A program made the position numbers and the translations under genes. A DNA stretch of 64,000 nucleotides from an uncultured virus (IMG/VR IMGVR_UViG_3300048599_000797) (lineage: Duplodnaviria > Heunggongvirae > Uroviricota > Caudoviricetes), in IMG/VR virus record IMGVR_UViG_3300048599_000797; one strand, given 5' to 3'. Numbering within the stretch: position 1 is the stretch's first letter; the number at the start of each line of letters is the position of its first letter. The notes below the pieces were generated by a model. The model made no database searches and was not told the origin of the DNA. It saw nothing but the letters and a program-made list of their open reading frames with translations. This document shows positions 26,757 through 36,054 of the stretch, piece by piece.

Positions 26757-27935
26757 TCATTCCTCCCGCGGTGCGTGGTGCGTGCCGATCGACGTGCCGT
26801 AGCGCTCGGAGAACGCGCGGGCCAGGTTCTCCATGGGCCGCGAACCGGCTTCGTAGGTTTCCTTGACGCCCAGCTTGCTCATCAGGCTCTCGCCCAGCCC
26901 CACCAGCCGCATCAGCGACTTGGTCCAGTCGGCGAACTGGGCCACGGTGTTCGCCGCGTCCCGCGCGAGGATGTTGATCGCGTTGTCGATGGCGACCTTG
27001 ATCGGCCGCACCTCGCGCTGCATGTTGATCACCGCCTCGACCATCGGCTGGTAGGTGCCGGCCGTGTCGCGCGCCGTCTGATACCCCATCTGCATCTGCG
27101 CAAAGTCGTACTGCGCGAGGCTCATCCCGTATCCGGGGTGGAAGTCCGCCAGCTCGCGCCCCGCCTCGGCCACGCTCTCCGCGAACTTGGCCAAGGCCAC
27201 GTTGGCCCCGATCACCATCGCGGTGGTGCCCGCCACGGCGCCGGCAAGTGCCCCCAGGCCCCCGGCATAGTTCGCCGCCTTGATTGCTGCGGCGCCGCCC
27301 TCTTCGGCGCCGAACATCTTGGCCGCCCCAAGGCCCATCGACTGGCCGATCTTGCCCCCCAGCCGCGAACTGCGGAGCAGGTTCGTCAGCAGCATGTGCT
27401 CGCCCTGGGGCACGTCGTAGTCGGTTTTGGTGGGCAGGATCACGGGGGCCGGGATCGCCATCCGCTGGGCCAGGTCACGCTCGCTTTCGCGGACCATCAT
27501 CTCCCGCGTGAGCTTGGCCTCGCGCGGGTAGCGGCTGGCCACCTCTTCCGGCGGCAGCAGGTTGCCGCCCTTCTTCAGCCGATCGTAGCGCTGCTCGACC
27601 GATTCCCGGGTGTCCTGAAACAACCCCGGGGCGACCTTGGCCAGACGCTCCAGGGTGCTCGTCAGCCGCTCCAGGGCCTGCTGGAACCGCGATTGCGGCC
27701 GGTCGGAGTCTGTGCCGCCGTACAGCCGCGGGCCCTTGCCGGCCTCCAACAGCGAGCGGAGGTCGAACGGCGAATCCTTGTCGAGCACCGGCAGTTCGGC
27801 GAGCGGCGACTGCACCGAGCCCTGGCCGCGGCGACGGGGCATCGCCCGGCGGATCGCCTGGAACAGCGCCGGCGAGCCCCAGTCGTCGGCAAGTTGCTTG
27901 AGTCCTTCGAGGGCCTCGTTGATCTTACGGAACAT
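26757..27935 (-). CDS. Putative short tape measure protein
   Basis: Helical, Ala/Gly-rich hydrophobic stretch; follows the chaperone pair. Confidence 0.55.
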   Translation of the reverse strand: MFRKINEALEGLKQLADDWGSPALFQAIRRAMPRRRGQGSVQSPLAELPVLDKDSPFDLRSLLEAGKGPRLYGGTDSDRPQSRFQQALERLTSTLERLAKVAPGLFQDTRESVEQRYDRLKKGGNLLPPEEVASRYPREAKLTREMMVRESERDLAQRMAIPAPVILPTKTDYDVPQGEHMLLTNLLRSSRLGGKIGQSMGLGAAKMFGAEEGGAAAIKAANYAGGLGALAGAVAGTTAMVIGANVALAKFAESVAEAGRELADFHPGYGMSLAQYDFAQMQMGYQTARDTAGTYQPMVEAVINMQREVRPIKVAIDNAINILARDAANTVAQFADWTKSLMRLVGLGESLMSKLGVKETYEAGSRPMENLARAFSERYGTSIGTHHAPREE

Positions 27936-28240
27936 GCGTGCCTCCCAGGCCGGCGGCCGCCATCTGGAATTTGACGCGCGATGCGTAGAGCTCGTGGGCC
28001 AGCGTGGCCTCCTGGGGATCGTCGCCGCGGGCCACGAACCACTCCCGCGGGATCACCGGCTGCGCGGCGTCCTGGGTCGCGCGGAGCAGCCACCACGCGC
28101 GGCGCTGGTCCACCCGATCGGCGCACACCACGAGGCCCATCACGTCCTCAAGACTGGCCACGCGCGGGGCCCCGGGCAGGCGCAGCGCATCGAGGCCGTA
28201 GGTGGCGATCAGGTCACACCACGGGCGCCATTTTTTTTTA
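27925..28240 (-). CDS. Tail assembly chaperone, -1 frameshift extension (gpT-like)
   Basis: Open -1 frame starting at the A9 run and ending at the tape-measure start. Confidence 0.7.
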
Positions 28241-28556
28241 GCGCCTCGACGTAGCCCCAGAAGTCGCTGAGCAGGCCCAGCAGCTCGGCGTCGGTCAGTC
28301 CCACGCGGGTCGCCGGATCGAACCGCTGGACCTCGAAATGCCCGCACACGAACTCCGCCAACTGCGTGACCTCGGGCTCGCGCCCTTGCTGGGCCGCGGG
28401 GCCGATCTCCGCCAGGTTCACCGTGGCGTCGGTGGTGATGCGGCGAAACAGCGCGTACGGGTCGACGAATCGCCACTGGCGCCCGTCGAAGTACTCGTAC
28501 AGGCCACGCCGCCGCAGACGTCGCCGTTCTCGCCACTGCCGCATCCATCGAAACAT
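28209..28556 (-). CDS. Tail assembly chaperone (gpG-like)
   Basis: Between tail tube and tape measure; ends ALKKNGARGVT over CTA AAA AAA AAT. Confidence 0.75.
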   Translation of the reverse strand: MFRWMRQWRERRRLRRRGLYEYFDGRQWRFVDPYALFRRITTDATVNLAEIGPAAQQGREPEVTQLAEFVCGHFEVQRFDPATRVGLTDAELLGLLSDFWGYVEALKKNGARGVT

Positions 28557-28574
28557 GTCCTGGGATCCTGGTAA

Positions 28575-29087
28575 CTAGCCCGTGACCGCGTCGTAGAGCT
28601 TGCCGGTGGTGGGATGAGTGTGGGCCTCGAACTCGGTCACGAGCGTGGAGAACCGCGTGCCCATCCCGATCTCGTTCGCCCCGCGGATGATCGCGATCGG
28701 GAAGTTCTTGGGGGCAAATGCCGAGGCGCAGCACACGCGGGTGTAGTACCCGCCGGCCATCATCAGCATCCCGGCGCCGATCCGCGTCCCGCCCACGGTG
28801 CACACGTAGCCGGGGGTTCCGCCCTGCGTGCGGGCCCGGACGCGCTCGGCCACGTCCGGGTCGAACGAGGTCAGCTCCAGGCGGATCAGGGCGATCTCGC
28901 CCATGTACTGCACATCGATCGGCGGCCCTTCATCGCCGCCGTTCGCATCGCCGGGGATGTTCAGAAAGAAGGGCTGATGCACCACGTCGGCCTGGTTCCG
29001 CGTGAGCCCCAGGAACTCCAAGGCCCCCGAGCTCCCCGTGCCGACATAGATCGGCGTTTTGCCGTGGACGACGATTCCGACTGCCAT
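28575..29087 (-). CDS. Putative tail tube (major tail) protein
   Basis: 170 aa, beta-rich, LEFLG motif, canonical position. Confidence 0.65.
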   Translation of the reverse strand: MAVGIVVHGKTPIYVGTGSSGALEFLGLTRNQADVVHQPFFLNIPGDANGGDEGPPIDVQYMGEIALIRLELTSFDPDVAERVRARTQGGTPGYVCTVGGTRIGAGMLMMAGGYYTRVCCASAFAPKNFPIAIIRGANEIGMGTRFSTLVTEFEAHTHPTTGKLYDAVTG

Positions 29088-29089
29088 GG

Positions 29090-29599
29090 TTAATCACCTC
29101 CGCGTCCGAGCGGCAGGCGCGAGGCCCGGCTCGGATAGAAATTCCGTGTGCGATCCGTAATCAGGTTCAGCCGCTGGTAGTCCAGCGCCGACGGGCCGTC
29201 GACCGTAGGCAGCCCGGCCCCCAGCACGCTCTCCACGGGGAACACGCGGTTCCCCTGACGCAACGCCTCGAGGAACTGCTCGCTGCGCTCGAGCATCGCC
29301 GTGATCACCTGGTCGCCGAATTTCGCTGTCCGGCGCTGCATGAGGTACGCCATGGCGCGCTCGCAGACCAGGCCGATGAGCATCGCCCGCCCGTTGCCGG
29401 TGAGCTGCTCCAGCTCGCTCTCGGTGTACACCCGGCCGATGAGCGCCGCGGCGTCGATGTCGCCGGAGGCCCGCTCCAGCGCGAAACGGACCACCTCGCA
29501 GTCCAGCCGCGGGGCCGGGTTGCCGCTGTCGCTGGCCAGGTCGGCGATGTCGCGCCGATCGAAGGCCGCCGCCAGGTTGTCGGGGGTCGCGTACGCCAT
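29090..29599 (-). CDS. Head-tail adaptor, Mu gp36/DUF1320-like
   Basis: MAYAT..DL....D...ALERASGDID.A...GR.Y...LE.L..G. Confidence 0.75.
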   Translation of the reverse strand: MAYATPDNLAAAFDRRDIADLASDSGNPAPRLDCEVVRFALERASGDIDAAALIGRVYTESELEQLTGNGRAMLIGLVCERAMAYLMQRRTAKFGDQVITAMLERSEQFLEALRQGNRVFPVESVLGAGLPTVDGPSALDYQRLNLITDRTRNFYPSRASRLPLGRGGD

Positions 29600-29622
29600 G
29601 GGCACCTCGCCACGTCACGGAG

Positions 29623-29657
29623 GCGGACCGGCCGGCGTGGCCAACCGGCCGGTCCGC
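29623..29657 (-). terminator. Perfect 13-bp hairpin after the major capsid gene
   Basis: gcggaccggccgg-N9-ccggccggtccgc; no U tract, so it may be a stabilising or pause hairpin. Confidence 0.5.
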
Positions 29658-29676
29658 GGTCCCGAGGCAACGCGAA

Positions 29677-30717
29677 TCAGGCAGCAGCCTTGAACAGCAC
29701 GGTGGCGGCCGGGGCGACGAGCCGCACGTCGTAGTTCTCGATGATGCGAGCCACAACGCGCTTGTTGTCCACGTCGTCCTTCTTCTCCGTCTGCATCTCG
29801 GTGTAGGCGAACACCTGCACCGAAGAGAACGACGGGGCGCCCTCGATCCCCACCAGGCCGCCGGGGCGGCTCATGAGAATCGCGTTGGCGGTGGGCAAGA
29901 CCTGGGTCTTGACGGTCGTGGCGCCCTTGCGCGTCGTGACCTTGCGCGTGGCTTCGACCACCAGCTTGAACCCGTACAGCGTGTCGGGCAGGCCGTACAT
30001 CGTGTTCGAGCCCTCGAGCTCGCCGCGGACCTGGGCCAAGGCCTGGGGCGAACCCTTGATGTAGTCCACGATCTCCTGGCACTGCGTGAGCTTGGCGGCC
30101 AGGGCCGAGTTGATCACGAGGATCATGTCCTCCTGGGTCACGCCACCCAGCGTGTCGTCGAGGATCAGCTCCATCGCGGTCTGCAGCGAGCGCTTGATGT
30201 CCTGCCGGGCCGTGGTCGACTGCGCCCAGTTGCCCGTGTTGCCGGAGATCCCGCTCACGGTCATCAGGTGGCTCGGGAGGTGGTTGGCATCGGTCAGCAA
30301 CGCGTTGAGCACCTTCTGCGTGCGGCCGGTCATCGCCTGCTGGGCCTTGATGCGGGCGTGCTGCGCCACGACGTCCCACGAGGCCTGGTCGACGGTCATC
30401 GAGCCGAGGTTGAACCCGAACGCGTAGCGCCGGGTGAGGAACGGCAGGAACTCGTGGCTCTCAGTCTCGTTGTTGAACTCGGGAGCCGCGTTGCCGTCCG
30501 GCCAGACGAAGTTGTCGAGGTTCGCGTTGATGATGCGCCCCGCTTCCTCGACCGTCATCCGCAGGTAGTAGCCCATGGTTTTCTTGCACGGGACCACCTG
30601 CGCGTAGCGGTTCACGGCGAACTTCTTCGGATCGCGGGCGAAGTCGACGACCAGCTTGCCGCTCGCTTCGTGGTCGGGGATGAACGTGGATTGGGCGGAC
30701 GGGTTGACTGCGGCCAT
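29677..30717 (-). CDS. Major capsid protein
   Basis: 346 aa after scaffold and decoration genes; strong AAGGAG RBS; YGLP..LYG and C-terminal VAP.A..LF motifs. Confidence 0.8.
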   Translation of the reverse strand: MAAVNPSAQSTFIPDHEASGKLVVDFARDPKKFAVNRYAQVVPCKKTMGYYLRMTVEEAGRIINANLDNFVWPDGNAAPEFNNETESHEFLPFLTRRYAFGFNLGSMTVDQASWDVVAQHARIKAQQAMTGRTQKVLNALLTDANHLPSHLMTVSGISGNTGNWAQSTTARQDIKRSLQTAMELILDDTLGGVTQEDMILVINSALAAKLTQCQEIVDYIKGSPQALAQVRGELEGSNTMYGLPDTLYGFKLVVEATRKVTTRKGATTVKTQVLPTANAILMSRPGGLVGIEGAPSFSSVQVFAYTEMQTEKKDDVDNKRVVARIIENYDVRLVAPAATVLFKAAA

Positions 30718-30801
30718 CGTAAGAACTCCTTGCGAAATGTGCGGTGTTACCGGGGGTTTGCGGCGGTTTCCGACTCAGGGTCTGGCGTTCTCCACAACGC
30801 G

Positions 30802-31227
30802 TTACACCAAGGCCGGGCGCTCGCTGCCGGCGATCAGCACCTGCACGCGCACCTTCTCGCCGGCCACGCCGGACTCGAGGGCCCGGGCGCCGATCTTCTG
30901 GATCGTGGTGCCGGTGGTGGCGATCGGTACGCCCTTCCCGTCGGCGTCGGACTTGAGCCGGTCGCCGGCGGTGACCGTGTCGCCGAGCTCCAGGGTGGTG
31001 ATGTCGCCGTCGCCGTGGAGGCGGAACGTCTCGCCATCCCGCGCGGCGTAGTTCGTCGCGATCAGGTCCGACAGCGGCGGGCGGTCGGCGCCTTCGCAGC
31101 TCACGCCGATGATGTTCGCGTTGGCGGTGGCCTGCAGCGCACCGTGGTCGGTGGCCGTGTCCTGCATCACGAACCGGCAGGGGGCGATGTTGCCGCGGGC
31201 AACCAGGTTGGGGCTAGCTTGGGGCAT
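30802..31227 (-). CDS. Capsid decoration/cement protein (DUF2190-like)
   Basis: LG.TVTAGDRLKSDADGKGV...A.ALE.G.AGE.V.V. Confidence 0.75.
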   Translation of the reverse strand: MPQASPNLVARGNIAPCRFVMQDTATDHGALQATANANIIGVSCEGADRPPLSDLIATNYAARDGETFRLHGDGDITTLELGDTVTAGDRLKSDADGKGVPIATTGTTIQKIGARALESGVAGEKVRVQVLIAGSERPALV

Positions 31228-31303
31228 CTCTACACTCCTCGGTCAAAAAAGGGACGGGGAAGCCGGCCTGCGCTCAAGCGGCCTGCCGGCGGCTGATCTC
31301 GCA

Positions 31304-33001
31304 TCACTCCAGCGGTTCGCCGCGGTGGACGCGGTCCAGCGCGGTGCCGTAGTCGAAGGGCTTGCCCGCGACGGCGCGGGCCTCGCACCAGCGCATCGCC
31401 TTGTCGGCGCACTCTTTGGCGTAGTGCTCGGTGCGCGGCTTGGGAGTCTGAACGTGGGCCGACGGGCCGACGGGCAGATCGGCGTCGAGGCCAATCTCCT
31501 TGTAGTTGGCCTCGATCAGCTCGCAGTGCGTGGCGAACTGATCGTCGCTGAGCTTCTCGTAGCGGCAGATGTCGACTTCGCGGTCGAGGTCGAACAGGAA
31601 CCGCTCGCGGAGCCCGGCGAGCTTCGAATACCGCTCGGCGTTCACCCGGCGCTGGACCTCGTCGCTCCACATCTGCCGCGTCTTGTGCAGATCGGAGGTG
31701 AGCTGCTCGAAGCGGGCGCGGACCTTGGCGTAATTCAGCTTCTGGCCCGTGCGCTCGTACTTGGCGCGCTTGCCGCAGCCGGCTGCGTAGTCCTTTTTGG
31801 CCTTCGCGCCCTTCTCCTCGGCGTGTTCCTCCTTTGCCGACTCCTTAGCCTCGTGGCCGTCGTCGTCTTCGTCGTCGTCCTCCTCCTCTTCCTCGAGCTC
31901 ATCCAAGAGCTCGTCGACGTCCACCTTCTCGTCCTCGTCGGAGCCGGCCGCATAGCGCCGCGGCTCCCCGGCGCCGAGTTTGTCCGGCTCCTTGTCCTCC
32001 TTCTTGGGCTCGCCGGGCGGCGGACTGGCGGGCTCTTCGGGAGGTGCGGATTCCGGCTCGGCGGTCGGGGGCGCGGGCTCGCCGGCCGGAGCCGGGGCGG
32101 GCTCGGGCACGGCCGGAGGCTCTGCGCCTCCTACGGGCGCCGGCGGTTCCGCCGGCGGCGCGGGTTCGGGAGGCAGACCGGCACCGGCATCCGGCGGTGG
32201 CGGGATCGCGCCCGCAGCACCCAGGTCGGCAGCCATGCCCGCTGCCGGCGGTGCGGCCCCCGGCACGCCCCCGGCGGCCGTGGAGGCAGGCGCCTGCGCT
32301 GCCATCTGCTGCTGGCACCACTGCGCCCAGTCGGTTTGAGAAATCGCCTGTACGATCTGCTGCAGATCTTCGGGAGAGAGCATACCCGTGGCTCCTGATT
32401 GGTAGCGGCGCGGCTCGTGCGCCGGGATGGACACGGAGGTCGCCGACGGCGCCGCGGCCGCCTGGTAACGCTCCACCTGGCGGCCGTCGCGATCGGCCGC
32501 GAACAGAAGGCCCATATCGAGCCGCGGCGCCTGAGCACCGAGCAGCGCGATCGGGTCCAAAAACATCTGGTCGTAGCGGTCCTCGAGCCAGAGCTCGGGC
32601 GAGCGCCGCGGGTGCTTGCGCCACTTCGCCAAGTCCTCGCGGAAGATGTGGCAGTCGGCCAAGATCGCCCACCGCTGGCGCGAACCCTGTTCGCCCAGCA
32701 GTCCCATCCGCCACGGCCCGGCAAACCCGATCAGCTCCGGCTCGGGCATCCCCGCGGCCTTCTGCTCGGCCGTGGGCGTGTGCCCGACCACGATCGCCGC
32801 GTAGTCGCCGGTCTCGCGGATCCGCTGGTTGCAGCGGGCGCACACCTGGCGGAGCTCGTCGAAGCCGAACTTCAGCCGCCGGCCGTCGGCCGCGGTGGTC
32901 TCGTGCTCGGCGAGGATCGGCACGTTGACGATCGTCTCGAACTGCGCCGGGTCGAACGCCGTGTGGGTGCCGCGCACGTTGGCCCGGGGGATGGCGTCCA
33001 T
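31304..33001 (-). CDS. Prohead protease/scaffold fusion (Mu gpI-like)
   Basis: VVGHT, IGFA, RRSPELW, IALLGAQAP; then Pro-rich, acidic and coiled-coil regions. Confidence 0.75.
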   Translation of the reverse strand: MDAIPRANVRGTHTAFDPAQFETIVNVPILAEHETTAADGRRLKFGFDELRQVCARCNQRIRETGDYAAIVVGHTPTAEQKAAGMPEPELIGFAGPWRMGLLGEQGSRQRWAILADCHIFREDLAKWRKHPRRSPELWLEDRYDQMFLDPIALLGAQAPRLDMGLLFAADRDGRQVERYQAAAAPSATSVSIPAHEPRRYQSGATGMLSPEDLQQIVQAISQTDWAQWCQQQMAAQAPASTAAGGVPGAAPPAAGMAADLGAAGAIPPPPDAGAGLPPEPAPPAEPPAPVGGAEPPAVPEPAPAPAGEPAPPTAEPESAPPEEPASPPPGEPKKEDKEPDKLGAGEPRRYAAGSDEDEKVDVDELLDELEEEEEDDDEDDDGHEAKESAKEEHAEEKGAKAKKDYAAGCGKRAKYERTGQKLNYAKVRARFEQLTSDLHKTRQMWSDEVQRRVNAERYSKLAGLRERFLFDLDREVDICRYEKLSDDQFATHCELIEANYKEIGLDADLPVGPSAHVQTPKPRTEHYAKECADKAMRWCEARAVAGKPFDYGTALDRVHRGEPLE

Positions 33002-33067
33002 CGCCGGATCGGCAGTCCGCTGCTGCGAGAGTGCCAGGCCGATGCTCAACGTACGCTCCCAAGAAAC

Positions 33068-33114
33068 AAAAAAAGCCGGCAGGCGCCGGCCCATCGGGGC
33101 GAGCACCTGCCGGC
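33068..33114 (-). terminator. Intrinsic terminator upstream of the protease/capsid genes
   Basis: gccggcagg/cctgccggc stem plus T7. Confidence 0.7.
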
Positions 33115-33135
33115 CTGGGTTGTCCAGTTACCGGA

Positions 33136-33360
33136 TTAATCCTCGGGAAACTCGACTAAGGTCCGTTTCACCGGTCCCAGGTTCCCGGCCTTGGCGGAAA
33201 TTTCCACACCAACCGTGCCGGTGAACCGCGGGTCGAGCGCCCGAGCGAGGAGTCCTTGGAGGATCGACACGGCCTGGATCTTGCGAGCCCGGTTGACGTC
33301 GGCCCTGCGGATCTCCTCGCGTTCTGTGGGTGTTTTCTCGTGCGAAAAATTCTTGGTCAA
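33136..33360 (-). CDS. Small DUF2292/YezD-like protein
   Basis: FTGTVGVEISAKAGNL pattern; GGAG before TTG. Confidence 0.5.
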   Translation of the reverse strand: MTKNFSHEKTPTEREEIRRADVNRARKIQAVSILQGLLARALDPRFTGTVGVEISAKAGNLGPVKRTLVEFPED

Positions 33361-33407
33361 GATGCAGTCTCCGCCGCGGAGTGAAGGAACCGATCGGCGG
33401 GCAGTAT

Positions 33408-33441
33408 CCGATTTGCCAGAATTTGCGTCCAACCCTACACT
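33408..33441 (+). promoter_or_regulatory. Promoter for the ugd cassette
   Basis: ccgat-TTGCCA-17-TACACT. Confidence 0.65.
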
Positions 33442-33481
33442 GGTCCCCCGTTCTTTTCTCCTGGCGGCGGAGATTCTTGAG

Positions 33482-34423
33482 ATGGGCGATCGAATTCAGG
33501 GGATCGGCGTGGTCGGGCATGGCTTTGTCGGGCGCGCGGTGGCCCGTCAGTTTTCCAAGGCGATGCGCGTCTACTGGTACGACTCGGCCGAGGGCGGCAG
33601 CGGTGGCCAGTGGATGGATGGGCAGCCACTGTGGGACTGCACCAACATGGACGAGGGCGGTCGTAAGCATTGGGCCGCCCAACTCTGCCAGGCGTGCGAC
33701 GGGCCGATCTTCATCTGCGTCCCCACGCCCAGCCGGCCCGACGGTGCCTGCGACACGTCGATCGTCGAGCAGGTGATCCGCGAGCTCGAGGAGCACGCGC
33801 CGGCCGACTACCGCAACGTGGCGGTGATCAAGAGCACGGTATCCCCGGGCACCACGGACCGCCTCCAACAGCTCTCCACCAAGTGGCACCTGGTGCACAA
33901 CCCGGAGTTCCTCACCGAGCGCACCGCGGACCAGGATTTCGCAGCGCAGAGCGAGATCTTCCTCGGGGGCCCCGCGGTGGCCACGGCCGCGGTCGCCGAG
34001 TTGTACCGGCAGGGCTTCGACAAGCACGGGCTGAGCATGTATCCGCTCGAAATCCACCACATGCCGGCCATCGAGACCGAGCTCATCAAATACATCCGCA
34101 ACGCGTTCTACGCGGTCAAAATCGAGTTCGCCAACGAGATCTACGACCTCTGCCAGCGGCTGGGCGTGGATTACAGCCAGGTGATCGGCCGCGGGATTGT
34201 CGGTCACCCCTGGTGCGGTGAACAGCACTGGGCCGTCCCCGGGCCCGACGGCATGCGCGGCTTCGGTGGCAAATGCTTGCCCAAGGATCTGCTGGGACTC
34301 GTCGCGCTCTGCCATCAGCACGGCGTGATACCTAGCGTGATGTTCACCGCGTGGCAGCAGAACACGCTGCGCCGGCCGCTGGACAAGATGCAGGAGCTGT
34401 TCCCGATCCTCTCTCCCAGTTGA
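33482..34423 (+). CDS. ugd: UDP-glucose/GDP-mannose dehydrogenase family (short form)
   Basis: GVVGHGFVG; FICVPTP; IKSTVSPGTT; HNPEFL; KY..NAF.A.KI.FANE; GFGGKCLPKD. Confidence 0.93.
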   Translation: MGDRIQGIGVVGHGFVGRAVARQFSKAMRVYWYDSAEGGSGGQWMDGQPLWDCTNMDEGGRKHWAAQLCQACDGPIFICVPTPSRPDGACDTSIVEQVIRELEEHAPADYRNVAVIKSTVSPGTTDRLQQLSTKWHLVHNPEFLTERTADQDFAAQSEIFLGGPAVATAAVAELYRQGFDKHGLSMYPLEIHHMPAIETELIKYIRNAFYAVKIEFANEIYDLCQRLGVDYSQVIGRGIVGHPWCGEQHWAVPGPDGMRGFGGKCLPKDLLGLVALCHQHGVIPSVMFTAWQQNTLRRPLDKMQELFPILSPS

Positions 34424-34436
34424 ACGGAGTTGCGCC

Positions 34437-34895
34437 ATGGAGCTCGTGGAAGCCTTGGAATCGATCTCGAAGGCCAGCCGGCAAGACGTCGAGGCGAATA
34501 TCCGCGAGCTCGAGCTGCGAATCGAGACCGTGCGCCGCCGGGCCCGGGCGGAGGTCGCCGATCTGCGGACCACGATCGCCACGCTCCGCAAATTCGCAGG
34601 GATGGGCAAGCGCAAAGCCGGTCCGGCACCGGTCGAACACAAGCCGTCGGACGAGGCCTGTCGCGAGGAGGGCCAGCGCCAGGCTGACAAGGAGCCCCAG
34701 CCGCCCAAGCCATTGAGCCAGGTCCAACGGATCAAGAAGTACCTCGAGGATCTCGGCCGCCCAGCCACGCCGAGCTTGATTGCGGTTGGTACCGGCATTC
34801 TCAAGTCGTCGGTGAGCTCGCAGCTCGCGCAGCACCACGAGCTGTTTGCGCGGGCCGACGACGGTTGGACCGTCAAAGAACGTCCCATGTCGTAA
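34437..34895 (+). CDS. Coiled coil plus C-terminal winged-HTH protein
   Basis: IKKYL...G.PAT...IA...GI.KSSVSSQL...F......W. Confidence 0.65.
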   Translation: MELVEALESISKASRQDVEANIRELELRIETVRRRARAEVADLRTTIATLRKFAGMGKRKAGPAPVEHKPSDEACREEGQRQADKEPQPPKPLSQVQRIKKYLEDLGRPATPSLIAVGTGILKSSVSSQLAQHHELFARADDGWTVKERPMS

Positions 34896-34906
34896 GGAGA
34901 AACGCC

Positions 34907-35287
34907 GTGCCCTTTTCACCGTTCGCCACGTACCTGCTGGTGGTGTTGCTCGTCCTGCTCGTGGTTTCCGTGGCGGCGAACATCACGCTGGCTCGGCTGC
35001 TGGTCGCGGAAAGCCGGAGTAAGGCCTACTGGTGGCAGGAGGCGCAGGAGGCGCGGCAGTCGCTGGCGATGCGGGATCACGCCCAGGTCGCCGAGGTCCG
35101 CAATGACATTGTCGCCCGCATGAATCTGGCCGTCGAGCTGGCGGGCGATTTCTACGAGCAACTGCAGGACGTGCTGGCGGGCTTTCCCCCCGAGGACGAC
35201 GAGGAGGAAAGCGAAGCGACGAGCGAATCCGAATCCAGCATCTCGTCCATATCGACGACTATGTCCTCGAGCATGCCACTCACCTAG
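34907..35287 (+). CDS. Membrane-anchored protein with acidic/Ser-Thr tail
   Basis: N-terminal TM; AAGGAG RBS; ends ESEATSESESSISSISTTMSSS. Confidence 0.6.
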   Translation: MPFSPFATYLLVVLLVLLVVSVAANITLARLLVAESRSKAYWWQEAQEARQSLAMRDHAQVAEVRNDIVARMNLAVELAGDFYEQLQDVLAGFPPEDDEEESEATSESESSISSISTTMSSSMPLT

Positions 35288-35308
35288 TCACCACGAGGCC
35301 TCCGCATC

Positions 35309-35863
35309 ATGCTCATCGTCTGGTCGTCGGTTGCCACCATCCTCTGCATCGTGATGGCGATCCTCCTGGTCCTGGCGATCCACACGCAGCGCCGGCTGCT
35401 GAAAACCGTTGCCAACGAGCGGGCCCGCATCGATCGCTGCGTCACCTCCACCGGACGCTATCTTGAACGAGCTGATCGCCTCGATGCCGCCTTGCAACGC
35501 ACCGAGTCCGACCTGCGCGATGCGCTGGCGTCGCGCGACAGGTGGGCGGACAAAGCGGTGACGTTGGAGAACGAGCTGAAGCAGGCACAAGCCGCGTTGG
35601 CCGACGAGGGCGTTAAGAATGGCGAATTGATGAGCTTGGTTTGCAAGCACGAACAGCGGATCAGTGAGCTCGACAACCAGGTGCAAGTACTCGGGCTGGC
35701 CAAAGTCAACACGCAGAAGCGCGCCGACGAATTCGAGAAAGCGGCCACGCAGTTGTCTGCGGATAATCGGAGGCACTTGGAGATCATCGGCGAGCGGTTC
35801 GAGCAGCTCGAACGCATCGCGGCGATCGCAAGCGAGCACCTGCCGGGCCACGGGGAGGACTAA
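35309..35863 (+). CDS. Membrane-anchored coiled-coil protein
   Basis: N-terminal TM then heptads. Confidence 0.65.
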   Translation: MLIVWSSVATILCIVMAILLVLAIHTQRRLLKTVANERARIDRCVTSTGRYLERADRLDAALQRTESDLRDALASRDRWADKAVTLENELKQAQAALADEGVKNGELMSLVCKHEQRISELDNQVQVLGLAKVNTQKRADEFEKAATQLSADNRRHLEIIGERFEQLERIAAIASEHLPGHGED

Positions 35864-35865
35864 TC

Positions 35866-36054
35866 GTGAACTGGTTCGACCGAATTTTCTTCTGCATGCT
35901 TGGCACGCTGGCTCGCCTTGGAGCGTTGACCGTCACCGGCTTGGCGACGGCGGACCTCGTGCGGCATGGGCACCTGCCGGATGATCAGATCCTTCCCATA
36001 CTCTGTATTTTCGCAATGTGCTGCGCCCTGTGGAACGTGGACCGGCAACCATGA
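35866..36054 (+). CDS. Small membrane protein
   Basis: GGAGG RBS; hydrophobic. Confidence 0.5.
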   Translation: MNWFDRIFFCMLGTLARLGALTVTGLATADLVRHGHLPDDQILPILCIFAMCCALWNVDRQP

